Below, one piece after another: positions 1 through 10,424 of a stretch of DNA of 64,000 nt (positions are counted from its first letter, which is position 1; each line of letters begins with the position of its first letter). Under the pieces are notes generated by a model, which had not been told where the DNA came from, did no database searches, and saw only the letters and a list, made by a program, of their open reading frames with translations. Location: the NCBI GenBank assembly GCA_963736015.1, contig CAVTNG010000007.1, forward strand, positions 171,803-235,802. The letters run 5' to 3'. This DNA comes from an uncultured Chloroflexia bacterium. GTDB lineage: Bacteria; Chloroflexota; Dehalococcoidia; DSTF01; JACRBR01. Position numbers and translations under genes: made by a program.

Positions 1-351
1 CAGCCGCAGCCCCGCGTACCCGGGTCGACCCACTCTGGCTGGCTGTTCGGATCCGCCGCCAGCGTGAAACCCACGACGACATCGCCCTCGAGTGCGACGA
101 AGGATGCCGGCGCGTCCACTTCCGCTACCGGGAAGGCCCGCTCCCACTCACCAGCTCCATACCCCTCGAGCCCGCGGTCGCGGAACGCGTCGTTGTACGC
201 CGCCCTGATGCTCGTGTGCGCGCCGCGCGACCATGACGCGATCGCGACTTCGCCGACGTGCCGTACGGGCGGCGCTGTCAGCGTACGCATATCGCACACC
301 ATCTCGTGCTCGATGTACTTCAGTCCAAAGCCGAGCGAGCATACAGCGCGG

Positions 352-741
352 TCACTGCCGGTGGTAGTTCGGCCGCGCGGGTGCAAGGACGCGCTCGATG
401 CGCTGGACATCATCGGCGGCCGGTGCCCCGCATCGGTCGAGCAGTGAGCGCAGCACGTCGTCGTGCAGCTCGGACCGGGCAGGGTCCGCGAGCGCATACA
501 TCAGGTCGCGGTGCTGCGACCCCGCTGAAACGCGCCGCACCCACCCCGCCGCGACGACACGACCGTCGGATGTGGCGATGAGCGACAATGCGCGGCCGCC
601 GCTGCGCCGCAGCTCATGACGGAGTCCATCGACCACCGTTGTCTCAAGCGTGCCGTACGCCTCGTCGCATCTTCGCGCGAGCGCTTCGACCTCGGGCACT
701 TCGTCGAGCGTGGCATCGCGCCACACCAGCTCGTCGCTCAC
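352..741 (-). CDS. GNAT-type acetyltransferase-like protein (rimI-like position next to tsaE), probably frameshifted; a GNAT C-terminal motif (LYARLGFGLKYIE) is readable in another minus-strand frame below 352
   Basis: ORF 352..741; N-terminus VWRDATLDEVPEVEALARRCD resembles RimI-type starts; location downstream of tsaE. Confidence 0.25.
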   Translation of the reverse strand: MSDELVWRDATLDEVPEVEALARRCDEAYGTLETTVVDGLRHELRRSGGRALSLIATSDGRVVAAGWVRRVSAGSQHRDLMYALADPARSELHDDVLRSLLDRCGAPAADDVQRIERVLAPARPNYHRQ

Positions 742-1212
742 GGTGTCCGCGGAGCCAGCGCCGACGCGAGCGCGCGGTACCGATCGCCGTCGCCTTCGAT
801 CTCGATCGAGCGCCCCTTCGCGCCGTCGTACGACAGGCGCACGACGAGGCGCTGGTCAGGCAGCTCCGCCGGCGCGCGCTCCGGCCACTCGACGACGAGC
901 ACGCCGCGCGATGCCAGCTCGTCGAGCGCCAGCTCCGCCACCTGCTGCGGGTCCTCGAGGCGGTAGAGGTCGGCGTGGAACAGCCGCAGCGACGCGCCGT
1001 CGTACTCGTTCATGATCACGAACGACGATGACTTGATCGCGTCCGCGCACGCCCATGCCCGCGCCCGATGCCCTGCGCCAGCACCGTCTTCCCCGCGCCA
1101 AGCTCGCCCGACAGCAGCACGACGTCGCCCGCGCGCAGCCGTGCGGCCGATGCGCTCGCCGATGCGCCGCGTCTCGCCCGGCGTCGCTGTGTGTAGCTCG
1201 AGAGCCGTCACG
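738..1212 (-). CDS. tsaE: tRNA threonylcarbamoyladenosine biosynthesis ATPase TsaE (YjeE), split across frames by compensating indels
   Basis: Walker A LLSGELGAGKTVLAQGIGRG in one minus frame (about 1050-1120) and AIKSSSFVIMNEYDGASLRLFHADLYRLEDPQQVAELALDE...VLVVEWPER in the 738..1433 frame; putative GTG start at 1212. Confidence 0.6.
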
Positions 1213-1214
1213 CC

Positions 1215-2218
1215 GGCGTCCGCTCGGCTGCGCAGGTGGTCCCAGCCCGCGACTCGCCAGCGCGATCTCGCGCCGTCTGCATCGAGCAGACGCACGCCCC
1301 GCCCGCCGACGATGCGCCCGATGTGGTGACGTCGCCGCCGCCCTGCGCGCGCGACGCCGGCGATCGCTCGCGTCTGCGCCGACCAGGACCAGCTCGTAGT
1401 CTTCGCCGCCGCTCGTCGCCAGCGCGAGCGCATCGTCCGGGTATGTCGCCGGCGAGCGCGCGGATCGATCGGCAGGCGCGCGGCATCGATCTCGGCGCCG
1501 ACAGCCGCTCGCGGCGCAGATCGTGTCCGAGGTCCTGCACGAGCCCGTCGCTGACGTCGATGGCGCAGCGCGACGCCCGCCGCAATGGCGGCGCGCCCGG
1601 CATCGATGCGCGGGCTGCGGCCGCGCGTGACGCCGGATCATCGCATCGACGGCAGCGGTCGCTCGGCGTGCTCCTTCATGCACGCAGCCCGCCGGCGGAG
1701 CCGCCGAGCGCGCCGGTCACCGCGACGGCATCGCCTGGTCGCGCCGCGTCGCGTCGCAGGAGCAGCGGTGAGCCGTCGGCGGCCACCGCGGCGTCGCCCG
1801 TAAGCGCGACCGTGATCGCGAATTCCGTGCCGGAGACGATGTCGCCGCCTGCGATCTCGACGCCGTACGCCTCGGCGCACTCGCGCAGCCCCGCGTACAG
1901 CGCATCGATGTCATCGACCAGGGTGTCCGGCGGCAGAACGAGCGTGACGAGGGCGAACGACGGCGTCCCACCCATCGCGGCGATGTCGCTGACGTTCACG
2001 GCAAGCGCCTTCCAGCCGACGTCGCTCCACCGCGCCCTGTCGGGCATGAAGTGGACGCCGGCGACCAGCGTGTCCGTCGTCGCGATGGTGTAGCCGCCGC
2101 CGCTGCGCCAGACCGCGGCATCGTCGCCAGGGCCAAGCAGGAGGCGCTCTCCGGGAGCGCCCATCGTCTTGCGCAGGCGCTCAATCAGGCCGAACTCGCC
2201 GAGGTCGCGGACGTCCAC
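1215..2218 (-). CDS. thiL: thiamine-monophosphate kinase ThiL (AIR-synthase-related), frameshifted at least twice; 3' end runs into tsaE without an in-frame stop
   Basis: ORF 1676..2218 MDVRDLGEFGLIERL...DAAVW...IATTDTLVAGVHF; continuation IDVSDGLVQDLGH, SGGEDYELVLVGAD and C-terminal VTxIGRIVGGRGVRLLDADG in other frames. Confidence 0.65.
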
Positions 2219-2257
2219 GCCGATAGCGTACCGCCCGTCGCGCGGCTAGCATGCCGC

Positions 2258-2993
2258 ATGCGCGTCGCCATCGTCTCGGATGTCCACAGCAACATCGAAG
2301 CGCTCACGGCCGTGTTCGCGCACGCTGTCTCGGGCGGCGCGCGTCGATGCGATTTGGTGCCTCGGCGACATCACGGGCTACGGCCCCGACCCCTCCGCCG
2401 TCATCGCGATGCTGCGGCAGGAGCGACTGACCTCCGTCGCCGGCAACCACGATCTCGCCGCCTGCGGCCGCATGGGCGTCGAGGAGTTCAACTCCCAGGC
2501 CGCCGCGGCGGCGAGATGGAACGCCGGCCAGTTGACGGATGACGAGCGCGCGTTCCTCCACGGGCTGCCGCTCATCGAGGTCGCCGGCGACTTCACGCTC
2601 GCCCACGGGTCGATCGCGCGGCCGGAGTGGGAGTACCTGCTCTCCGGCGAGCAGGCGCTGACCCAGTTCGAACTGCAGAAGACGCACGGCAGCATCGTCG
2701 GCCACTCGCACCTGCCGTTCTGGGTCGAAGAGCGTCCGGCCGGCATGCCACTGCTCATTCCGGTGGGCGATGGCGATGTGCTGAAGCTCGGCGGCCCGCG
2801 CGTGATCCTCAATCCGGGCAGCGTCGGCCAGCCGCGGGACGGTGATCCTCGCGCGTCATACATCCTGTACGATGATCAGGCGAAGACCGTCACGTGGCAC
2901 CGCGTCGAGTACGACATCGCCGCGACGCAGGCGAAGATGCGGGCTGCCGGGCTGCCGCAGTGGCTCAGCGACCGCCTCGCCATCGGGCGCTAG
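2258..2993 (+). CDS. calcineurin-like metallophosphoesterase (YfcE/Icc-type), one frameshift near 2330
   Basis: MRVAIVSDVHSNIEALTAVFAHA (frame of 2051..2542) then VDAIWCLGDITGYGPDP...NHD...GHSHLPF (ORF 2280..2993). Confidence 0.6.
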
Positions 2994-3028
2994 CGATTTC
3001 GACTGTTAGCTGAAAGCTGATTGCCTGC

Positions 3029-4087
3029 ATGGCCTGGACCGTCGCCGGACACGACTCCGTCATCCAGTCGCTCACGGGCGCCCTCGAGCAGGGGCGGCTG
3101 TCGCACGCCTACGTCTTCACCGGCCCGCAACACGTGGGCAAGACGCTGACGGCGCTCCAGTTCGCGCAGCTCCTGAACTGCACGGGGCCGGAGCCGCCCT
3201 GCGGCCGCTGCCGCCAGTGCCAGCACATGGCCGGCGGCGCGCATCCGGACGTCGAGATCGTCGATATCGGCGGGCTCTGCGACGAGGCGGAGCACGCCAC
3301 ACCGCCGACGACTCGCGGAGCATCCGCGTCTGCCAGGTGCGGCGGCTGCAGCACGTCGTCACGCTGGCGCCTTCGAGGGCCGTTACCGTGTCGTCATCAT
3401 CGAGCCGGCCGAGGCGATGGAGCCTGTCGCGGCCAACGCGCTGCTCAAGACGCTCGAGGAGCCGCCCGACAATGTCGTCATCATCCTCGTGACCGACAAG
3501 GAGGAGATGCTGCTGCCGACGATCCGCTCGCGCGCCCGCCGCATCGCCTTCTCCGGCATGGCGATCCGTGATTCGAGCGCGCGCTGCGCAGCCGCTGGGA
3601 CGTCGATCCGAGCCGGGCGGCCGAACTGGCGCGCCTTTCGGGCGGGCGCCTGGGCTGGGCGGTCCTCGCCCTCCACGACGAGGGGCTGCTCGAGCGCCAG
3701 CGCCAGGAGCTGGACCGCGCCGAGGCGCTGGCGTCGGCGCCGCTGGCCGAGCGCTTCGCCGTCGCCGGCGATGTCGGCGGCCGCTACACGCGCGACCGTA
3801 CCGGCGTGCAAGCGACACTCGAGACCTGGCAGGCGTGGTGGCGCGACATCCTGCTCATCGCCGCCGGGCGCGAGGCGGGCGCGGATCACCGCGACCGGTT
3901 GGACAGCCTGCGACCGCTCGCGGCACAATGCGACGTGCCCTCGGCCGTCCGGGCGGTGCGGGCGATCGGCGACGCGCGCCAGCAGCTCGCCGAGAACGCC
4001 AGCCCGGTGCTCACGATCGAGGCGATGATGCTCGCGCTGCCGCGGCTGCGGCCGAACCTCGTGGCCAGCCGCCTGGCGAGCCAGTGA
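3029..4087 (+). CDS. holB: DNA polymerase III delta-prime subunit HolB, in three frames (frameshifts about 3300 and 3790)
   Basis: MAWTVAGHDSVIQSLTGALEQGRLSHAYVFTGPQHVGKT...CGRCRQC; ANALLKTLEEPPDNVVIILVTD...TIRSRARRI in ORF 3417..; C-terminal domain in ORF 3806..4087. Confidence 0.65.
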
Positions 4088-4133
4088 CGAATAGCAGCGC
4101 CGCTTCCAGGGGAGCGGGGCGGGACGACGCGAT

Positions 4134-5223
4134 ATGACAGAACAGCACCAGCGCATGCCCATCGGCGTGCGATTCAAGGAAGCCGGCAAGGTCTATTACT
4201 TCGATGGCGGCGGCGCGGAGCTTGACGTCGGCAACTACGTTGTCGTCGAGACAACGCACGGGCTTGAGATTGGGCGTGTCGTCATCTCCGCCGAACAGGT
4301 GATCGCCAGCGACATCAAGGAGTCCCTGAAGCCCATCGTCCGCCCCGCCACGCCGGAAGACCTGCGCCAGCGCGACGAGCTGCAGCGCAAGGCGGCCGAT
4401 GAGCTGCGAGAGGCGAAGCACGAGGTGGCGGAGCGCGACATCGATATGCAGATCGTCTCCGGCGAGTACGACCTCGGCGGATCCGCAGATCACCTTCTAC
4501 TTCACCGCCGCAGATCGCGTGGACTTCCGGCCCCTCGTCCGCGACCTCTCGTCGCGCTTCGGCGTGCGGGTGCAGATGCTACAGGTGGGCGACCGGGACC
4601 GCGCGAAGCTGATCGACGGTTACGACGTCTGCGGCCAGCGGCTCTGCTGCGCGTCATGGCAGACGGCGTTTCCGGCGGTCTCCATCAAGATGGCGAAGGA
4701 GCAGGATCTGCCGCTGAACCCGCAGAAGATCTCCGGCGTGTGCGGCCGCCTCTACTGCTGCCTGACGTTCGAGTACGAGGGCTACCGCGAGCTGCGGGGC
4801 CAGATGCCACGCGTCGGCTCGATGGTCTCGACGCCTGTCGGCGAGGCGAAGGTCAACAGCGTGAACGTCCTGCGCAAGACCGTGCGGCTGTGGCTCACAG
4901 AGCAGAAGCAGGTGCTCGAGATGCCGGCCGTGGACCTGCAGATGCAGTACGGCCTCACCGTGCGTCCGGTCGAATTGGTCGAGGAGATCGAAGCGCCGCT
5001 ACGCGAAGCCGTGCCCGAAGACGAAGCCCCGCAGCTCAGCACGCCCCCGGTCGAGACGCGTCCCGCCGGTGATGCCGCGCCGCACGAGGGCGGGGCGCGC
5101 AAGCGACGGGGGCGACGCGGTGGCCGTCAGCGCCGGCGCGGCGGGGGCGGGGATCAGGCGCCGCAGGGCGGATCACCGCAGGGCGCGCCTCCGGGCCCAC
5201 CGCCGGGGCCGCCCGGGCCCTGA
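4134..5223 (+). CDS. yaaT: PSP1-domain protein YaaT/RicT, one frameshift about 4480; Pro/Gly/Arg-rich C-terminal tail
   Basis: MPIGVRFKEAGKVYYFDGGG...VVVETTHGLEIGRVV then ITFYFTAADRVDFRPLVRDLSSRFGVRVQMLQVGDRDRAKLIDGYDVCGQRLCCASW; conserved holB-yaaT linkage. Confidence 0.6.
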
Positions 5224-5239
5224 GCGAGCCGGACCCTCC

Positions 5240-5617
5240 TTACGCGGCCACCCACTTCTTTGCATCGTCCAGTTGGGCCACCTCGAACACTTTCACGTCC
5301 CCGGGCATTGCGAAGCCGAACGCCTTCACGGCCGTGCGGTACACGTCGTGGTCCGTGACGAAGGCGATTTTCTCGAACGAGCCCATGTGCGACAGCCCGA
5401 CGCGCGCGTCGTCCCACATCGCGCCGGGCGAGTAGCTCTCGAACTCGGCGCCGAGCAAGTAGAGCATGCGAAGCTTCTCGTTCTTCTTCACGCTTGCCTC
5501 GACGGCGGGCATGATCACGTCCTTGTAGTCGTCGCCGGTGACCTTTCCCATCGCCTCGAATCCCAGGACGTTGTCCGGCAGCCCCTCAATCATACGAATC
5601 GCCATGATCGCCTCCAC
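5240..5617 (-). CDS. STAS/SpoIIAA-like domain protein (intact)
   Basis: ORF 125 aa MEAIMAIRMIEGLPDNVLGFEAMGKVTGDDYKDVIMPAVE... Confidence 0.45.
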   Translation of the reverse strand: MEAIMAIRMIEGLPDNVLGFEAMGKVTGDDYKDVIMPAVEASVKKNEKLRMLYLLGAEFESYSPGAMWDDARVGLSHMGSFEKIAFVTDHDVYRTAVKAFGFAMPGDVKVFEVAQLDDAKKWVAA

Positions 5618-5663
5618 GCTCTTGGTGTGTGACCTCGTCTGAGGATATGCGATCGGCGATTTA

Positions 5664-6506
5664 TTACGACAGATTCTGCACCAGCAGCACGGCGTAGATG
5701 AACAGCCCCAGCCCGACGCGGTACCAGACGAACGGGATCAGCGTGTTCGTGCGCAGGAAGCGCATCAGGAACGCCACCGCCACGTAGCCGACGACAAACG
5801 AGAACAGGAATCCGGTGAGGAAGAACAGGAAGTCATCGCCGCCCCGCGTGCCGTCCGCGAACTGACCGATGATTCTCGGCATCTCCTTCAGTCCCGCGCC
5901 GGCGATGATGGGCGCAGAGAGCAGGAACGCGAATGTCGCCGCCTCCGGCCGTTTGAGGTCGCGGAAGAGGCCGGCGCAGATCGTCGCGCCAGAGCGTGAG
6001 ACGCCCGGCACCAGCGCGAGTGCCTGTCCGAATCCGACGAACACGGAGTCGAACCAGCGCATCGCGTGCATGTCGCGGGTCCGCTTGCCGATTGCTTCGG
6101 CGGCGACGAAGACGGCGCTGAACGCGATGAGCATCGTCGCGACGAGGAAGGCGTTCCGGAACGCATCCTCCACCTTTGATTCGAGCAGCAGGCCGATGAT
6201 CCCCGCAGGGATCGTGCCCAGCACGATGAGCCATGCCAGCCGTCCCTCGGCATCACCAAGTGAGCGTTCCTGCAGCGTATGGATGCCGCCGCGCGCGAGA
6301 CTGAGCCAGCGCCGGCGGAAGTAAATCAGGATCGCGATGAGCGTGCCCATGTGTAGCGAGACATCGAATGGCAGGCCGTAGGTGTCCTTGTCCACGCCGA
6401 GCACGCGCTCGGCGAGGATGAGGTGGCCCGTGGAGGAGATGGGGAGGAATTCCGTGAGGCCCTGGACGATGCCGAGGATCGCGGCCTTGATCAGGTCTTC
6501 GTTCAT
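5664..6506 (-). CDS. uppP: undecaprenyl-diphosphatase UppP/BacA (intact)
   Basis: 280 aa, LGIVQGLTEFLPISSTGHL...SRSGATICAGL motifs, multiple TM segments. Confidence 0.85.
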   Translation of the reverse strand: MNEDLIKAAILGIVQGLTEFLPISSTGHLILAERVLGVDKDTYGLPFDVSLHMGTLIAILIYFRRRWLSLARGGIHTLQERSLGDAEGRLAWLIVLGTIPAGIIGLLLESKVEDAFRNAFLVATMLIAFSAVFVAAEAIGKRTRDMHAMRWFDSVFVGFGQALALVPGVSRSGATICAGLFRDLKRPEAATFAFLLSAPIIAGAGLKEMPRIIGQFADGTRGGDDFLFFLTGFLFSFVVGYVAVAFLMRFLRTNTLIPFVWYRVGLGLFIYAVLLVQNLS

Positions 6507-6661
6507 CGGCCGCGGCGATCGCCGTCGCTACCAGGCACCGTCGAGCGTATGCGGAAGGCCGCCGGGCGCGCAATGTGAATGCGTCAACCTAGGCAGGCGA
6601 TGCATCGAGGACGATGCGCCGGTTCGTTGATTCCAGGTGCCTCAGCGGAGGCGCGACCCGT

Positions 6662-8326
6662 TCAGTTTCCAGCCGCGAGCGCCAGCGTTCCGCCGGCGGA
6701 TGCGGGCACGTTGTCCTTCTCGCCGGGCTCCAGGTTGTAGCGCGCGCGCGTGCCGCTGCCGGCGCAGGACGCGCCCTCGCTCTGGTTCTTCGTGAGATCG
6801 CCGTCAAGCACGGGCGAGGCGCCCGAGAACATGCCCCACGGGCTCTCGCAGCCGGGGACGATCCACACGTGGTTCATCCAGCCGTTGCCGCCGTTCGCCT
6901 TCTTCCCGCCCATCGCTGCACACTGCTCCTCCGTCGTCGTGCTGTCGCCGATGACGCCAGTCGCGTTCGTGCAGAGCCCGATGTGGCGGTGGAAGTGGTC
7001 GTTCGGTCCGGTGAAGCCCTGCGTCGGTTCCGCGTCGCCCTGGTGCAGGATGTAGTACGAGAGGCCGATGACGTGCGAGCTGTCGTCCGTGCCGTCGTAG
7101 AGGAGCATCTCCGGCTTGTCGATCTCGAACTTGTCATCGACGAGCGAGAAGTTCATGAAGTGCGCCGCGATGCCGGGTACGTACGGCGTCACCTGCCGCC
7201 AGCCCGCGGCCTTCGCGTCCTTCACGGTCGGGTACGTGAGCGCGGTGTCGCGCGCTTCCGCCAGCTCAGACTCGAGCTGCTGGCAATCGCTCTTGCTGGT
7301 CATCGCCGTCCAAGGCTGCGGGCCCAGGTGGCCGCCCATGCCGGTGTCGTCCGGCGCTGCTGCCGAGCTGGTGGTCGTGCTCGTTGTCGTGGTCGTGCTG
7401 GCGCCGTGGACGTGGTTGGCCTTGCCCGAAGCGCCGAGCCAGCGCAGCCAGTTGTCGTAGACCTCGTCGTTGACCTTGGACAGCGCCAGCACCATCTGCG
7501 CGTCGCCGATCTCGCCCTTCACCGTCGTGTGCAGGCCGATGAGCTTGTCCAGCTCCGGCGAGCCCTGGATCGCGCCCACGGTACCCGGGTTGTCGCCGCC
7601 GGTCACCGTGTCGATGCCGGCCAGCGTCGTTTCCTGCCAGTAGGAGGCGGGGTTGATGCCGAGGTCGCAGCGGCTCTTCGCGAGTGCCGCCAGCGCCGCG
7701 GCGTCCGTCGTGCCGCCGCCGCTGCCGTGCGTGTGGCCGCTGGCCGTCGAGACGAGACCGCTGCCGGCGTCGCTATGGCTGTGCTGTACCAGCTCCGGGT
7801 CGGAGAGCCCGACCGACGTCGCCGCCAGCACCAGTACCGGGATCGCCGCAGCGACGGCGATCGTTTCGAAGGAGAGCCCCTTCGTCCCGCTCTCGACCTC
7901 CCCGAGGTTCGGCTTCGCGAGAAGCAGCGCCGCGCACGCCACCAGGCCCGCCTCGAAGATCGTCGTCATCAGGTCGATCGCCTCGACCGGCTCCGCCACG
8001 CCCGGGTTCGTGCCCACGGGTAGCCCGACGGTGCGGCTGATGATGTAACCGACGATCACGGCTGTGTTCAGCACGATCGTCCCGACCAGCACCTCGCGGC
8101 TCGGCCGTACGAGCAGCGCGATCGCCAGCACGATCTGCGCCCAACCCACCACGGCGAAGCCAATGGCCTCGGTGGAGGAGCTTGGGGCGTGGATCGGCGA
8201 CATCGCCAAGTGCACCGCGCCCGCCGCCAGCGAGAGCGAGGCCGGCAGCAGCCGCGCGGCCAGCCCGAGCGAAGATTTCGCGGCGGCGGCCCGAGATTCA
8301 GATTGGGAGTGGGTGATCGATGCCAT
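6662..8326 (-). CDS. large membrane protein: N-terminal 4-5 TM helices, Thr-rich linker (TTTTSTTTSS), Cys-containing extracytoplasmic domain; function unknown
   Basis: intact 554-aa ORF; hydrophobic stretches in first 180 aa; low-complexity T/S linker; no recognisable catalytic motif. Confidence 0.45.
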   Translation of the reverse strand: MASITHSQSESRAAAAKSSLGLAARLLPASLSLAAGAVHLAMSPIHAPSSSTEAIGFAVVGWAQIVLAIALLVRPSREVLVGTIVLNTAVIVGYIISRTVGLPVGTNPGVAEPVEAIDLMTTIFEAGLVACAALLLAKPNLGEVESGTKGLSFETIAVAAAIPVLVLAATSVGLSDPELVQHSHSDAGSGLVSTASGHTHGSGGGTTDAAALAALAKSRCDLGINPASYWQETTLAGIDTVTGGDNPGTVGAIQGSPELDKLIGLHTTVKGEIGDAQMVLALSKVNDEVYDNWLRWLGASGKANHVHGASTTTTTSTTTSSAAAPDDTGMGGHLGPQPWTAMTSKSDCQQLESELAEARDTALTYPTVKDAKAAGWRQVTPYVPGIAAHFMNFSLVDDKFEIDKPEMLLYDGTDDSSHVIGLSYYILHQGDAEPTQGFTGPNDHFHRHIGLCTNATGVIGDSTTTEEQCAAMGGKKANGGNGWMNHVWIVPGCESPWGMFSGASPVLDGDLTKNQSEGASCAGSGTRARYNLEPGEKDNVPASAGGTLALAAGN

Positions 8327-8446
8327 GTGGGACCCCTGGCTCGGGCGTCGCGCCCGTTTCCGGGCAACGCTGCCGCCTGGCTTTATTAGAGAACGTTAGT
8401 ATGACGGATCAGGCACGGCCCCGCATCAGCCTGCGCGTGCGTTGCG

Positions 8447-9386
8447 CTACCGCGTGCGCGGGTCCAGCGCGTCGCGCAGGCCGTCGCCGACGAACGTGAA
8501 ACAGAGCATCAGCAACGCCACGGCCGCGGCGGGGAAGACGACGTTCCAGACGTTGCGCTGGATGACGGCGTAGCCCGAGCTGACGAGCGTGCCGAGGCTG
8601 GCCGCAGGCGGAGGTAACCCGAGCCCCAGGAACCCGAGCGCCGCCTCGGCGAAGATCGCTGCCGGGATGCGCGAATGTGACTGCGACGATCACCGGACCG
8701 AGCGTATTCGGCAGCATGTGCGTGGAGACGATGCGCCACCGCGATGCCCCCAGCGCGCGCGCGGCGATCACGAAGTCGCGCTCGGCGAGTGAAAGCATTT
8801 GGCCGCGCACCAGCCGCGCGACGGTGATCCACGCCACCAGGCCGATGGCGAGGATGATGATCATCTTCTTGTTCGTCACCACGGGCCAGCTATGCCCGAT
8901 GAGCACGGACCGCAAGAGAATGATGGCGAGGATCTCCGGCAACGAAATCATCACGTCGGCGAAACGCATCAATAAGTTGTCGGACCACTTCCCGCCCATC
9001 GCCGCCGCCGCCCCCACGGACAGGCCCATGATCAACACGACGAGGGCCGCGCCGACGCCGATCTGCAGCGAGATGCGGATCCCCTCGAGCACGCGGGCGA
9101 ACATGTCGCGCCCGAGCTGGTCGGTGCCGAACCAGTGTTCCGCCGAGGGGCCCTGCTGCACCGCGTCGTAGTTCTGATCGTTGGAGTCGTAGCGAGCCAG
9201 AGGCCCGACATAGGCGCCCACGAACGCGATGAGCGTGATGGCTACGAGCAGGACGACGGCGGTGATCGCGAGCCGATTACGGATGAGCCGCCGCCAGGCG
9301 TCGGTCCATAGCCCCCGATGCTGCTTGGGCTCGGGCGCCGCTTCCAGCGTCGAGATGCCGCCGCGCGCGACTTCCTGCGTCGCCAT
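8447..9386 (-). CDS. oppC: peptide/nickel ABC transporter permease (OppC/DppC), one frameshift near 8650-8700
   Basis: ORF from 9386 with permease core; true C-terminus CFTFVGDGLRDALDPRTR* is in a different frame ending 8447. Confidence 0.7.
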
Positions 9387-10342
9387 CAGGAGTACCTGAT
9401 CCGCGGATCGACCACGGCGTACAGCAGGTCGACGACGAGGTTCGCGATCGTCACCACGAACGCAAAGACGAGCGTCGTACCCATGATCACGTTGTAGTCG
9501 CGCGCGGAAACTGCGTTGATCGTCTCGCGCCCCAGGCCGGGGATCGAGAACATCGTCTCGATGATGAAGGAACCGGTGACCAGCACCGCAAACAGCGGAC
9601 CCATAACCGTGAGCACGGGAATCAGCGCGTTCTTGAGGGTGTGCCGCAGCACCACCACCCGCTCGCGCAGGCCCTTCGCCCGCGCCGTGCGGATGTAGTC
9701 GGTGTTCATCACCTCCAGCACGCTCGCGCGCGTCACCCGCGCGATGTACGCGGCCGACAGCGCCGAAAGCGCCACGACGGGGAGTACGACCTTGCGCCAG
9801 TCATAGGCGGCCGAGTCGAAGATGTCCGAAGGCTGGAGCGGACCGCCCCAACCGCTCAGTTTGAAGATCTGGATGTTCACGGCGAACATGATCGCCAGGA
9901 ACGATCCCAGGATGAACCCGGGCACGCTGGCGAAGAACGTGGCAAAGCCCACTCCGATGTAATCGAGCGGCCCATTGTGGTTCAGCGCCGAGAGCGTGCC
10001 CAGCACCAGCCCGACCGACGCCGCGACGATGAACGCGAGCACGCCGAGCTGGAATGTCACGAACCAGGTGCGGCGGATGATATCGGTCACCTCCAGGTCG
10101 CCGCGCGTGGAGATCCCCAGGTCGCCCTGCACTATGTTGCGCAGGTAGTACCCGTATTGCACGTAGAGCGCATCGTTGAAGTGGTAGCGCGCTTCCTGCG
10201 CCTCGATCACCGATTCAGGCTTGGACTTGTCCTCGGTGAAGGGCCCGCCGGGAACGGCGTGCATCAGCAGGAAGGTGATCGTGGCGACCGCCCAGAGCAC
10301 GGGGATCGCCCAGAGGAGCCGTCGTATGGTGTAGCTGATCAT
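9386..10342 (-). CDS. oppB: peptide/nickel ABC transporter permease (OppB/DppB), intact
   Basis: 318 aa, MISYTIRRLLWAIPVLW...IETMFSIPGLGRE...DPRIRY; start overlaps oppC. Confidence 0.8.
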   Translation of the reverse strand: MISYTIRRLLWAIPVLWAVATITFLLMHAVPGGPFTEDKSKPESVIEAQEARYHFNDALYVQYGYYLRNIVQGDLGISTRGDLEVTDIIRRTWFVTFQLGVLAFIVAASVGLVLGTLSALNHNGPLDYIGVGFATFFASVPGFILGSFLAIMFAVNIQIFKLSGWGGPLQPSDIFDSAAYDWRKVVLPVVALSALSAAYIARVTRASVLEVMNTDYIRTARAKGLRERVVVLRHTLKNALIPVLTVMGPLFAVLVTGSFIIETMFSIPGLGRETINAVSARDYNVIMGTTLVFAFVVTIANLVVDLLYAVVDPRIRYS

Positions 10343-10424
10343 CGTCGATCTGCTCTTGAAGGCGGGCGGAGGCCGCGTTTGCGGCCCCCGCCCCCTTGCT
10401 CATCCGTAGATTATCGTCTCTCCG

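Noticed and set aside
6614-8023. 469-aa plus-strand ORF antisense to the membrane-protein gene (similar long antisense ORFs occur at 588-1031, 16884-17987 and 21632-22579)
   Set aside because: Arg/Ala/Gly/Pro-dominated low-complexity translations with no motifs. High-GC genomes generate such stop-free antisense frames by chance.
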